From Defluviitaleaceae bacterium (GTDB taxonomy: Bacteria > Bacillota > Clostridia > Lachnospirales > WQUN01): DNA of 64,000 nucleotides. Location: assembly GCA_009785605.1 (NCBI GenBank), contig WQVY01000004.1, forward strand, positions 977 through 64,976, read 5' to 3'. Position numbers and translations under genes: made by a program. Position 1 is the stretch's first letter; the number at the start of each line of letters is the position of its first letter. Of the stretch, positions 17,542-27,768 are shown piece by piece. The notes under the pieces are model-generated. The model did not search any database. It saw nothing but the letters and a program-made list of their open reading frames with translations, and had not been told where the DNA came from.

Positions 17542-19590
17542 GTGAGCTTTGCGGTGAGAGATTGGCTATCCCGGTCAGCACTGCGGGTTGAAAATGTAGG
17601 TATTATTAAGGCCATAAAAGATGGGTTTGCTGGTATTATGCCGGTGCTACTCATAGGGGCTTTTATTTTTATGCTTGTAGAGCTGGAGATCCCGTTATAC
17701 TTGGATGCCATGCGCGTCCCTGGTATATACTGGCATATCACTTTCGAGCAGATATATCGCGGGGCCCTTGGTATTATTCCTATGGCTGTTGTTATTTCTG
17801 TAAGTTATACGCTGGCGCTTCATTCGCCGCATTATTCTAGTAGGGTGCTTAGCCCGTTGGTTCCTTCTCTTGTTGGGTTTTCGTGTCTGTTATTGCTTAC
17901 CGCTGTACCGGGTTTTGGTGCACGGTTTGTGGACATAGGGCCAGGTGGGGTCTTTCTTGCGGTGGTTGTGGCTGTTGTGTCACATCTACTTTTCTTTTTT
18001 TTCTATAGGTTTCGTCTTATTGTTGTTAGGCCCAAGGCCGCTACAGCATATCTTGCACAGGTTGTATTGCTTCTTGAGCCTGTACTTTTTACTATCTTAG
18101 TCTTTGGCGTATTGCGGTACGCTTTTAATGTCTTTGGTATATACAATATCCCCAATCATATCACTGAGCGCGTTATTAATATGCTTGCCGGGATTTACAA
18201 CGGTATAAACAGCCCTGTGCTATTTGTAATGATATTTACATTTATGTACCAGTTATTATGGTTCTTTGGACTGCACAATGGCGAAATTGTCCCTAGTGTG
18301 GCAGAGCATGTTGATTGGTCTTATGTGCTGTGCCCGGATTTTTTTCAATTTTTTGTATTGGCAGGCGGAGGTGGGGCTCTTGCGCTTATTGTGGCTATAC
18401 TAATTGTGCGGAGTAAAAGCGCTTCGCGTCCGGCTCTTTTTTCTTTGCCTATGGGCCTTGCTAATATTGGTACGCCTGTACTTTATGGTTTACCGGTCTT
18501 GTTTAATCCTATCCTTATTATCCCCTTTATATTTGCGCCTATGGTATCGGGTATGGTTGCTCGCATTGCGGTTTCTGCAGGTATGAATGCAACCGTTATT
18601 GCCGGGGTTTCTTCTACATTGCCGCCGGGTATAAGCGGGTGGATGGCGACCGGCTCTTTAATGGCGGGTTTTATACAGGTATTGACTTTGGCCATTAGCG
18701 TCCTTATCTACTTACCCTTTGTGTGGATAGCCAATAACACCAGCGAAGAACGAAGTGACTTTGCAATAGAGGAACTTATGTCACGGGATGCTGCACCTTA
18801 CCTTGCACGTAAAGATGATGTTGGAGTCTTTGCCCGTTCTCTTTTCGAAGAAATGGAGTATGACCTAAGGCGTGGGCGAGGTTTTTATTTAGAATATCAA
18901 CCAATGATTGACAGCCACAACCGAATGGTTAGCTTTGAGGCAAGAGTGCGCTATAGGCATGCATCTTTGGGGCCACTACCACCACAACTGGTACATGCCC
19001 TTGCCGAAGAAGGCCGACTTTTGGGAAATATAAATATTTTTGTGATGGAAGATGCCCTAGCTACCCTTCACAGTTTAAGAGAAAACGGCTTTACGGATTT
19101 ATTAATGACAATTAACCTTTCACCCAAAGAGCTAAGCAAGCCAAAAACAATAAAAATTATAAAGGATATGCTGGCGAAATATAACATAGATCCAACATAT
19201 GTAAGAATCATATTGTCGAGCCATGAAGTGCTGGACCCGGGCTTTGACCCATGGACGCTCATGAGTGCCTTAAGTGCTATTGGGTTAAGGGTAATTATTA
19301 ATAATTTTAGCTTACAACTAACACATTTTAGCAACCTGCAACGGATGGGCATAAAAGCTATCAAGTTAAGCAGCGCACTTACCCATGAAGTACAGTTTAA
19401 CGAGCTTAGCGCCAATGTAATAAAAGACATTGTAGAGCATGCAAAGCCCATGACCATTAGCGCCGAAGATATAGAATCTAAAGCGCAATATGACTTGTTG
19501 GTGGAACTAGGCTGTGAAATATTCCAAGGCAAATATTTTTCCAAACCAATGGAAACGGCAGATTTGTCGCTATATCTAAGGTTGAAATAA
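17542..19590 (+). CDS. PTS EIIC-like (lactose/cellobiose family) membrane domain fused to a degenerate EAL domain
   Basis: The N-terminal IKAIKDGFAGIMPVLLIGAF plus about 10 TM segments resemble EIIC. The C-terminal ~250 aa carries EAL landmarks: EYQP, FEARVR, NLS, AEDIES and FQGKYFSKP. The DDFG and KID positions read NNFS and KLS. Confidence 0.75.
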   Translation: MSFAVRDWLSRSALRVENVGIIKAIKDGFAGIMPVLLIGAFIFMLVELEIPLYLDAMRVPGIYWHITFEQIYRGALGIIPMAVVISVSYTLALHSPHYSSRVLSPLVPSLVGFSCLLLLTAVPGFGARFVDIGPGGVFLAVVVAVVSHLLFFFFYRFRLIVVRPKAATAYLAQVVLLLEPVLFTILVFGVLRYAFNVFGIYNIPNHITERVINMLAGIYNGINSPVLFVMIFTFMYQLLWFFGLHNGEIVPSVAEHVDWSYVLCPDFFQFFVLAGGGGALALIVAILIVRSKSASRPALFSLPMGLANIGTPVLYGLPVLFNPILIIPFIFAPMVSGMVARIAVSAGMNATVIAGVSSTLPPGISGWMATGSLMAGFIQVLTLAISVLIYLPFVWIANNTSEERSDFAIEELMSRDAAPYLARKDDVGVFARSLFEEMEYDLRRGRGFYLEYQPMIDSHNRMVSFEARVRYRHASLGPLPPQLVHALAEEGRLLGNINIFVMEDALATLHSLRENGFTDLLMTINLSPKELSKPKTIKIIKDMLAKYNIDPTYVRIILSSHEVLDPGFDPWTLMSALSAIGLRVIINNFSLQLTHFSNLQRMGIKAIKLSSALTHEVQFNELSANVIKDIVEHAKPMTISAEDIESKAQYDLLVELGCEIFQGKYFSKPMETADLSLYLRLK

Positions 19591-20138
19591 TGGCATATTG
19601 GAAAACACAGGGCCTACGTGGTAGTACATTTGAAGAAATGATAAACCTTACCAACCAGCTATACCTACAGCGTGGGCTTGGGATTATTCAAAAAATCCCA
19701 ACACCAATAACTCCAGTAGAAGTTAATAACAAAGCCAGGATTATCACCTCTGCATACTTCGAAAAAAAAAGCACAGTAGACTTTATAGGTGTTGCCCAAG
19801 GCTTGGCTATATGCTTTGACGCAAAAGAGACTAACCAGCTAAACCTACCAATGCGCAATATACACGCCCATCAAGTAGACTTTATGGAGAACTTTCGCAA
19901 GCAACAAGGTGTTAGTTTCTTGCTGGTAAACTTTTTATCCAAAGGTGAAACGTTTCTCTTGCCTAGCGAAACACTAGCCCGGTATCATGGGCTGGCACAA
20001 GACGGTGGGCGCAAGTCCATACCATATCGTGATTTTAACCCTGATTTAATAGTACCCAACAAAAATGGCTTTCCTGTACACTACTTGGTTGCAGTAAACG
20101 CCTATCTCAAACAGCCAAAGGAAGGAAAATCTCCATGA
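19590..20138 (+). CDS. recU: Holliday junction resolvase RecU
   Basis: The N-terminal GLRGSTFEEMINLTN...GIIQKIPTP and the FDAKET catalytic region are typical of RecU. Its start overlaps the upstream stop (TAATG). Confidence 0.85.
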   Translation: MAYWKTQGLRGSTFEEMINLTNQLYLQRGLGIIQKIPTPITPVEVNNKARIITSAYFEKKSTVDFIGVAQGLAICFDAKETNQLNLPMRNIHAHQVDFMENFRKQQGVSFLLVNFLSKGETFLLPSETLARYHGLAQDGGRKSIPYRDFNPDLIVPNKNGFPVHYLVAVNAYLKQPKEGKSP

Positions 20139-20899
20139 GCCGAATTATTGCAGTAGCCAACCAAAAAGGTGGGGTAGGGAAGACCACCACAAATGTAAAT
20201 TTATCTACCTGCCTGGCCCAGGCGGGCAAGCGTGTACTTGTGGTAGATATGGACCCACAAGGCAACAGTACAAGTGGTTTTGGGGTGGACAAGTATGGTC
20301 TGCAAAAGACCGTATACGATTTACTTATTGGCGAAGCAACTCTAGAAGATGTAATCTTGCCTGTGTGCGCAGACGGTGTGCGCTTGCTACCGGCCAATAT
20401 CAACCTTAGTGGCGCAGAAATAGAACTAATTACAATGCCAGACAGGGAGTACAGGTTAAGAGAAATATTTAGTCGTACACGTTATATGTTCGACTACATA
20501 TTTATCGACTGCCCGCCCTCTCTTAACTTGTTGACGCTTAATGCCTTGTGTGCCGCCGACTCTGTGCTTATACCCATCCAGTGTGAGTACTACGCCCTAG
20601 AAGGGTTAACACAGCTTATGAATACGATAGCCCGTGTACAACGTAAGCTTAACCCGCGGCTGGTTATAGAAGGGGTTGTGTTTACTATGTATGACTCACG
20701 TACCAACCTTAGCAGCCAGGTAGTAGAAGAAGTGGAGAAACATCTTGGGTCACATACTTACAGGACAATAATCCCACGCAATGTGCGGCTAAGTGAAGCA
20801 CCAAGCCATGGGCTGCCTATTACGCTATATTCCGCAGACTCGCGAGGTGCGGAGGCATATAGGCTACTGGCACAAGAAATGATAGAAAAGAAACACTGA
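20135..20899 (+). CDS. parA: ParA/Soj chromosome-partitioning ATPase
   Basis: Contains the deviant Walker A NQKGGVGKTTT. It overlaps recU by 4 nt (ATGA). Confidence 0.9.
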   Translation: MSRIIAVANQKGGVGKTTTNVNLSTCLAQAGKRVLVVDMDPQGNSTSGFGVDKYGLQKTVYDLLIGEATLEDVILPVCADGVRLLPANINLSGAEIELITMPDREYRLREIFSRTRYMFDYIFIDCPPSLNLLTLNALCAADSVLIPIQCEYYALEGLTQLMNTIARVQRKLNPRLVIEGVVFTMYDSRTNLSSQVVEEVEKHLGSHTYRTIIPRNVRLSEAPSHGLPITLYSADSRGAEAYRLLAQEMIEKKH

Positions 20900-20925
20900 C
20901 TTAACCGAATAGAGGAGGGACTACT

Positions 20926-21831
20926 ATGAAAGCAGGCTTAGGCAGAGGGCTAAACGCCCTACTAGACGCGTCGCGTCAAGACGATACCAATATCATACAA
21001 CAACCGTCATCCTCTGGCGGGGTAATGATGGTAGATATACGCAAAATAGAGCCAACCAAGGACCAGCCGCGTAAATATTTCGATGAAGCAGCCCTGGAAG
21101 AACTAGCTGCGTCTATGAAGGAATACGGGGTAATATCGCCTCTTGTAGTCAAGGAAAACGGTAAAGTTTATACAATTATTGCCGGTGAGCGCCGTTACCG
21201 CGCTGCGCGCATTGCAAAGCTGCCGGAAGTACCGGTTATTGTAAAGGATTATTCTGACGGGGATATATTGCAGGTAGCGTTGATTGAGAACATTCAGCGG
21301 CAGGACTTAACATCTATAGAAGAAGCCGTATGCTATAAACGGCTAATGGATGATTTTTTCTTTTCTGCAGATGATATTGCAACCAAAGTTGGAAAGAGTA
21401 AACATGCCATTATTAGCGCATTGCATCTATTGGAGTTGGATGTACGTGTACAAGTGCTGGCAGGGGAGGGTAAGCTGTCTACCAGCCATGCAAAAGTACT
21501 CCTACAAGTAGAAGACGGAGATTTGCAACTATACTGTGCCGAAAAAATAGTAGAAGAAGGGCTAAGTGTACGCGGTACGGAGTCCCTGGTTACCGCAGCG
21601 CTTAAGGAAGCATCTAAACTTGAAAAAGAGCCCTATGAAGCAGAAACCCCTGACGATGTACCCGAAGAAGTACTACGCGCATATAGGCGCGCAGAAGATG
21701 ATTTAAAACAAGTGCTAGGCTCTAAAGTAAATATCCGTCCCGGAAAGAAGAAAGGACGGATAGAAATAGAGTACTACTCACCAGACGAATTGGAGCGGTT
21801 GCTACAGGTATTGGGGCGAGCCGGGTCATGA
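20926..21831 (+). CDS. parB: ParB/Spo0J partition protein
   Basis: Contains IAGERRYRAA (ParB box II) and an HTH region. It sits immediately after parA. Confidence 0.9.
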   Translation: MKAGLGRGLNALLDASRQDDTNIIQQPSSSGGVMMVDIRKIEPTKDQPRKYFDEAALEELAASMKEYGVISPLVVKENGKVYTIIAGERRYRAARIAKLPEVPVIVKDYSDGDILQVALIENIQRQDLTSIEEAVCYKRLMDDFFFSADDIATKVGKSKHAIISALHLLELDVRVQVLAGEGKLSTSHAKVLLQVEDGDLQLYCAEKIVEEGLSVRGTESLVTAALKEASKLEKEPYEAETPDDVPEEVLRAYRRAEDDLKQVLGSKVNIRPGKKKGRIEIEYYSPDELERLLQVLGRAGS

Positions 21832-21849
21832 TACGACCAACCTCCAACC

Positions 21850-22464
21850 CTACCAAAGATGCAAATTATTGATAAATTTCAAGGACTCTGGCTTTTTTAG
21901 GTCTATCAACTCGCCAGCTGTGACAAAGCCGTATTCTTGTTCTTTTAATGCATGGATTATGATTTCAAGTGCCTCCACAGTCTGATGGTTGCCTTCAAAA
22001 TCATGCATTATTAGCACAGCACCGTCATGGGCTTGGCTTAACGCCCTATCTACACGGAACGCAACATCATTGTTGCTGTCATAATCTGCTACATGATACC
22101 CGTCAATAAATGTGAGAGGGACTGCCGCGTATATTTCATCATTTTCTGCGATATAAGGTGAGCGAAATATCTTTGGTTTTTGCCCAATGGCTTCGAATAT
22201 CTTTTTTGTTGCGGATGCCACTTCTTTCTTTACGTCATCGATGCCTAAGTGGGTTAGATTAGGATGGTTTTCGGTGTGGTTTGCTATTTCGCAGCCCAAA
22301 GCAACAGCACGTTGCATCACCTTTGTTGTCTCTGGAGTAATGTTGCATCCTTTGACAAAAAACGTAGCTACAGCGTCATGCTTTTCAAGTATGTCTAATA
22401 TTTGGACGGTAATTGTTGTATTTGGCCCATCGTCAAACGTGAGCGCGATTACTGGTTTGTCCAT
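21850..22464 (-). CDS. polysaccharide deacetylase (CE4 / NodB homology domain)
   Basis: Contains LTFDDGP, a HT.NH-like motif (ANHTENH), and RSPY. Confidence 0.8.
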   Translation of the reverse strand: MDKPVIALTFDDGPNTTITVQILDILEKHDAVATFFVKGCNITPETTKVMQRAVALGCEIANHTENHPNLTHLGIDDVKKEVASATKKIFEAIGQKPKIFRSPYIAENDEIYAAVPLTFIDGYHVADYDSNNDVAFRVDRALSQAHDGAVLIMHDFEGNHQTVEALEIIIHALKEQEYGFVTAGELIDLKKPESLKFINNLHLW

Positions 22465-22502
22465 TTTAATTCATGCCTCCTTCGCCGGTGGAACAATTCA
22501 CC

Positions 22503-23012
22503 CTATAACCTGACTAGGTTGCTGTATATACTTTTTTCTGGTGTTGTACCTTCTATGACCTGTGCGCCACATGCTTTAATATAAAATTCGACTGCATCGG
22601 TTACATACCCAATAATCGCGTAGCCATAGCCTTTTTCTTTCATAGACTCTAAACATTTGCTTAAAAGGGCTTTGCCTATGCCTTTGCCGCATTCTTTTTT
22701 TGCGACACCTGTCGGCCCAAAAAAACCTAGGGTGGTTGCGTCGTAGCATGCAAACCCGACAATTTCCTTGTCTTTGACAGCAATATAGCAGGACGATGGG
22801 CTGTTGAAAATGGCGCGTTCACATTCGTTTTCCCAATCATAGCCGAAGTTTGTTTTTGCAAATTCCTTCACACGCTCTTTGTCTAGAGCCATTGCGCGTT
22901 TTATGATAACACCTTTGTTTTTCATGCGTTTTTCTGTGTCTATTTTGGGCATATCGTATAGTTTTACTAGCATATCTGGCATATTTATTCCCTCCTTCAC
23001 AACTGTTGTCAT
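22503..23012 (-). CDS. GNAT-family N-acetyltransferase
   Basis: The acetyl-CoA binding core is ...GVAKKECGKGIGKALL.... The start may be one of several N-terminal Met codons. Confidence 0.8.
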   Translation of the reverse strand: MTTVVKEGINMPDMLVKLYDMPKIDTEKRMKNKGVIIKRAMALDKERVKEFAKTNFGYDWENECERAIFNSPSSCYIAVKDKEIVGFACYDATTLGFFGPTGVAKKECGKGIGKALLSKCLESMKEKGYGYAIIGYVTDAVEFYIKACGAQVIEGTTPEKSIYSNLVRL

Positions 23013-23280
23013 CTATTCTAAGCTCGCAAACTATTTTTTCCATATTTACGAATTATTTTTATAAATCATTGAATGTTACTTCAAGAGCAACTTATGCTTG
23101 GGCAAATTGCAAAGAAAATAAAGGAGTTGCATTCAAATGAAGGATTTTCTAAGTACATTTAAGGGTGCATAGCTTGAGGGATTTCACGCAAGCGGTAGGC
23201 TATATCGGCTTTTTACGCGTCCGTGAACTCCGTGCCACGAATGAGAGCATAGTTGGTTTGCATCATACGGTTACATACTA

Positions 23281-24651
23281 TCATAGCGGCTCCTTAATTT
23301 TATGTTCGAGTTTGTAAAGTGCTACGAGCTTTTTTACATCCTCGAATGTAGGGTTGTGGAAGAAAAACGCTCCTTTGATGCACCAAAATCGCCCGTCGGG
23401 GTCGAGGCGAACGCGATTATTACATGTATCCAGCGTGCCCTTTTTCTCTTTACATCTGTAACAACCACCCCAGCGGGTGGTAAATGATTCGGGGAAGCGA
23501 GTTTTGAGCCATTCAAATTGTTCAGGATGAGATGCGTACACTTTGGGGAAAGCGACTTTAATGGACAAGTCGTAGGGTGTGCTGTGCAGAAATTCTTCCT
23601 CATGATAAGATGAGCCTTTGCCAACGAGCAGCCATTCTTTGCTGCCTTTTTTGTAGAGATAGCAGTACAGTTTATCCTCGCCTGTTGGGGCGAATCCGCA
23701 TTTTACAGCTTCATCGTAAAGCCAATAGTAGATTTCGCGTAGATGTGGTGGTTCACCGTCAGTTTTTGCAAGGAAGAAGGTTTCGTGGGATTGAGTCGCG
23801 GGGTATTGTACGAAGCGGTAAGAAAAATAGCGGACATGATATGCATTTTTTGGATTTTTGTCTTTGAAGTATTCGCAAAGAACAGTTATTGCATGGGGTA
23901 TATCAGCAAATGATATGTTGAACACAGGAATTCCGGGTTCGTTGTAACCTTCGACTTGCATCCCCATGTCATTTAATTTGTTTATAAGCAACGAAGTTTT
24001 TTCTATCGGGTGGCAGAGAAGCTGCTCGTCGATGCGTTGTTTGGAATGGTCGATAAAGCACTGTTTATCTACATACAATACTCCATTTTTTTCGTGTCCG
24101 CAGGCAACCAAAGCATTAAACAAAATGACCACGCGATTTTGGACAAGCCCTAACCAAGTCAAATCATTCCAAGTTGGGAAGCCCCAATCAAAAGGCAAAC
24201 CACGTTCGATTTCGTCATATACGGCGTATAAAAATTCCTGCAATGCCTTAAATGCACTGACAAATTCGTCGTTGGACAAGTTACCTAAATGCACGGGGTT
24301 AATAATCGTGTCATCGGGAATAAATACCATGCCGGTTTTATATGCCCGCATTATTTTACGTGCTTCGCCTTCAAACGTATCCTGGATATATTCGTGATAC
24401 GCATTTGCAAATGCAGGGTCAAACTGCTCACTCGCAACGGCATATTCGTTAAGCATCGCAAATTTATTTTTATCTCTGCTGACATACCCGCTCCAACGGT
24501 TTCTGATAAAAGCATCAATTGATTTGGCGGTTGGCAATTCGTTGTTTAATTCATCGTAATACGAACTTATAAAGCCAATGCGTTCATCAATGTATTTTTG
24601 TTTTTTCTTTCTTGCAATAAGGTATTGCATATAATCTTCCACGTTCTTCAT
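23281..24651 (-). CDS. hypothetical protein (456 aa), family not recognised; C-terminal Cys cluster
   Basis: A strong AGGAGG RBS lies upstream of the ATG at 24651 and the ORF is long and uninterrupted. The C-terminal sequence is GGCYRCKEKKGTLDTCNNRVRLDPDGRFWC (CxxC-x9-C-x13-C). I could assign no family. Confidence 0.5.
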   Translation of the reverse strand: MKNVEDYMQYLIARKKKQKYIDERIGFISSYYDELNNELPTAKSIDAFIRNRWSGYVSRDKNKFAMLNEYAVASEQFDPAFANAYHEYIQDTFEGEARKIMRAYKTGMVFIPDDTIINPVHLGNLSNDEFVSAFKALQEFLYAVYDEIERGLPFDWGFPTWNDLTWLGLVQNRVVILFNALVACGHEKNGVLYVDKQCFIDHSKQRIDEQLLCHPIEKTSLLINKLNDMGMQVEGYNEPGIPVFNISFADIPHAITVLCEYFKDKNPKNAYHVRYFSYRFVQYPATQSHETFFLAKTDGEPPHLREIYYWLYDEAVKCGFAPTGEDKLYCYLYKKGSKEWLLVGKGSSYHEEEFLHSTPYDLSIKVAFPKVYASHPEQFEWLKTRFPESFTTRWGGCYRCKEKKGTLDTCNNRVRLDPDGRFWCIKGAFFFHNPTFEDVKKLVALYKLEHKIKEPL

Positions 24652-24689
24652 TTAATCCTCCTGATTGTATAACTCACGATGTAGATTGT

Positions 24690-24878
24690 TTGCATTTTAT
24701 ATCAAGTGGATACCATACTTCCATACAAGACATGAAGCTGTTATCGCTTTGTTTTTTGTGCAACTGTTTGGATAACGCTATGGCTGAAAACTACTTCTTT
24801 ATCTTGAGATCCGAGTGCATTAACAGGCAAAAATCAAGCGAACTGACACCGTTTGAAAAACGATGCCAGTTCGCTTGA
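24690..24878 (+). pseudogene. relic of an IS3-family (IS150-like) transposase C-terminus (rve domain tail)
   Basis: The stretch NCLDNAMAENYFFILRSECINRQK matches the conserved GNC.DNA.AENFF..LK.EC.YRQK block of IS3 OrfB. Upstream SSGYHTS resembles the DQG.QY region. The fragment is far too short and the middle is missing. Confidence 0.6.
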
Positions 24879-24983
24879 TTCTCTAACCCCTTCGATAGGA
24901 GGCTTCTTCCCCCGTTTGCAATGCATATCCCAGCATGGGGGTCACCACATCCAGTTTTGATGATACCGATAAAGGTTTTCCAG

Positions 24984-26510
<1,527 letters not shown>

Positions 26511-26667
26511 TTAGTTTAATATATTATAGCACAGTAACGCATTAATTTAGTGTAATAACTATTATTATCGCAATTGTGCCCAAAAGCCTGTTGCATGGCC
26601 GCAGTATAGCCCGTATAATCAGCCCATGCCATAAGGCATAAATTTCATAAAAGACAGGAGAGTCACC

Positions 26668-27747
26668 ATGGCAAAAAAACTAAGAGCCGGTATTATTGGT
26701 TGCGGCGGCATTGCCAATAACAAGCACATGCCCAACCTCACCAAAACTGGCAAAGCAGAAATGGTTGCGTTTTGCGACATAATCGAAGAAAGGGCCCAAA
26801 AAGCCGCAAAAGAGTATGGTACGCCAGACGCAAAATACTATACAGACTATAAAAAGCTGCTGGCAGAAAACAAGCTGGACATGGTGTATGTACTTACGCC
26901 CAACAAGTCCCACTCTTACATTACTATAGACGCACTAGAAGCAGGCAACCACGTAATGTGCGAGAAGCCCATGGCTAAAACCGCAAAAGAAGCCCGTGCC
27001 ATGGTAGAAGCGTCTAAGCGCACCGGTAAGCTTTTGACCATTGGCTATCAAACCAGGTTTTTTGCCCCAAGCCAATACATCAAACACACTATCGAACGTG
27101 GCGACTTAGGCGAGATTTATTTTGCCAAAGCCCATGCGCTACGCCGCCGCGCTGTACCTACGTGGGGTGTGTTCTTAAACGAAGAAGAACAAGGCGGCGG
27201 GCCGCTTATAGACATTGGTACACATGCCTTGGACCTTACACTGTGGTACATGGACAATTATAAACCAAAGTCCGTAATGGGTAACGTATACAAAAAGCTC
27301 AACAGCAACGGCGTATGCGGCAATGCCTTTGGACCATGGAACCCAGATGAGTTTACCGTAGAAGACAGCGCCTTTGCGCTAATCACTATGGAAAATGGGG
27401 CAACAATTATTCTAGAATCCAGCTGGGCTCTTAACATGATTGATGCTTTCGAAGCTGAATCCACCATATGCGGCACAAAAGGCGGCGCGGATATGAGAGA
27501 TGGCGTGCGTATAAACGGCGATGATTTTGGCCGGTTGTATATTAAAAAACCATCGCTTAATTCCGGTGGCGTAGCCTTCTTTGATGGCGGCGGTGTAGAC
27601 CATGGCACGTTTGAGCAGTTGACCTTCATAAATGCCATAACCAAAGGCACGCCACTAATCGTATTGCCAGAGCAAGCATGTGTTGTAACAGAAATATTAG
27701 AGGCAATATACAAATCTGCCGAAACCGGGAAACTTGTCGAGTTCTAA
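26668..27747 (+). CDS. Gfo/Idh/MocA-family oxidoreductase
   Basis: Contains the Rossmann motif RAGIIGCGGIANNKH and the CEKPMA motif. Confidence 0.85.
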   Translation: MAKKLRAGIIGCGGIANNKHMPNLTKTGKAEMVAFCDIIEERAQKAAKEYGTPDAKYYTDYKKLLAENKLDMVYVLTPNKSHSYITIDALEAGNHVMCEKPMAKTAKEARAMVEASKRTGKLLTIGYQTRFFAPSQYIKHTIERGDLGEIYFAKAHALRRRAVPTWGVFLNEEEQGGGPLIDIGTHALDLTLWYMDNYKPKSVMGNVYKKLNSNGVCGNAFGPWNPDEFTVEDSAFALITMENGATIILESSWALNMIDAFEAESTICGTKGGADMRDGVRINGDDFGRLYIKKPSLNSGGVAFFDGGGVDHGTFEQLTFINAITKGTPLIVLPEQACVVTEILEAIYKSAETGKLVEF

Positions 27748-27768
27748 GATTAAGAGCGGAGGTAGGAT

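Noticed and set aside
23043-23280. Short frames downstream of the 456-aa gene (for example LRDFTQAVGYIGFLRVRELRATNESIVGLHH on the plus strand) that might be further mobile-element debris
   Set aside because: I could not match them to any transposase or integrase motif, and they are too short to interpret.
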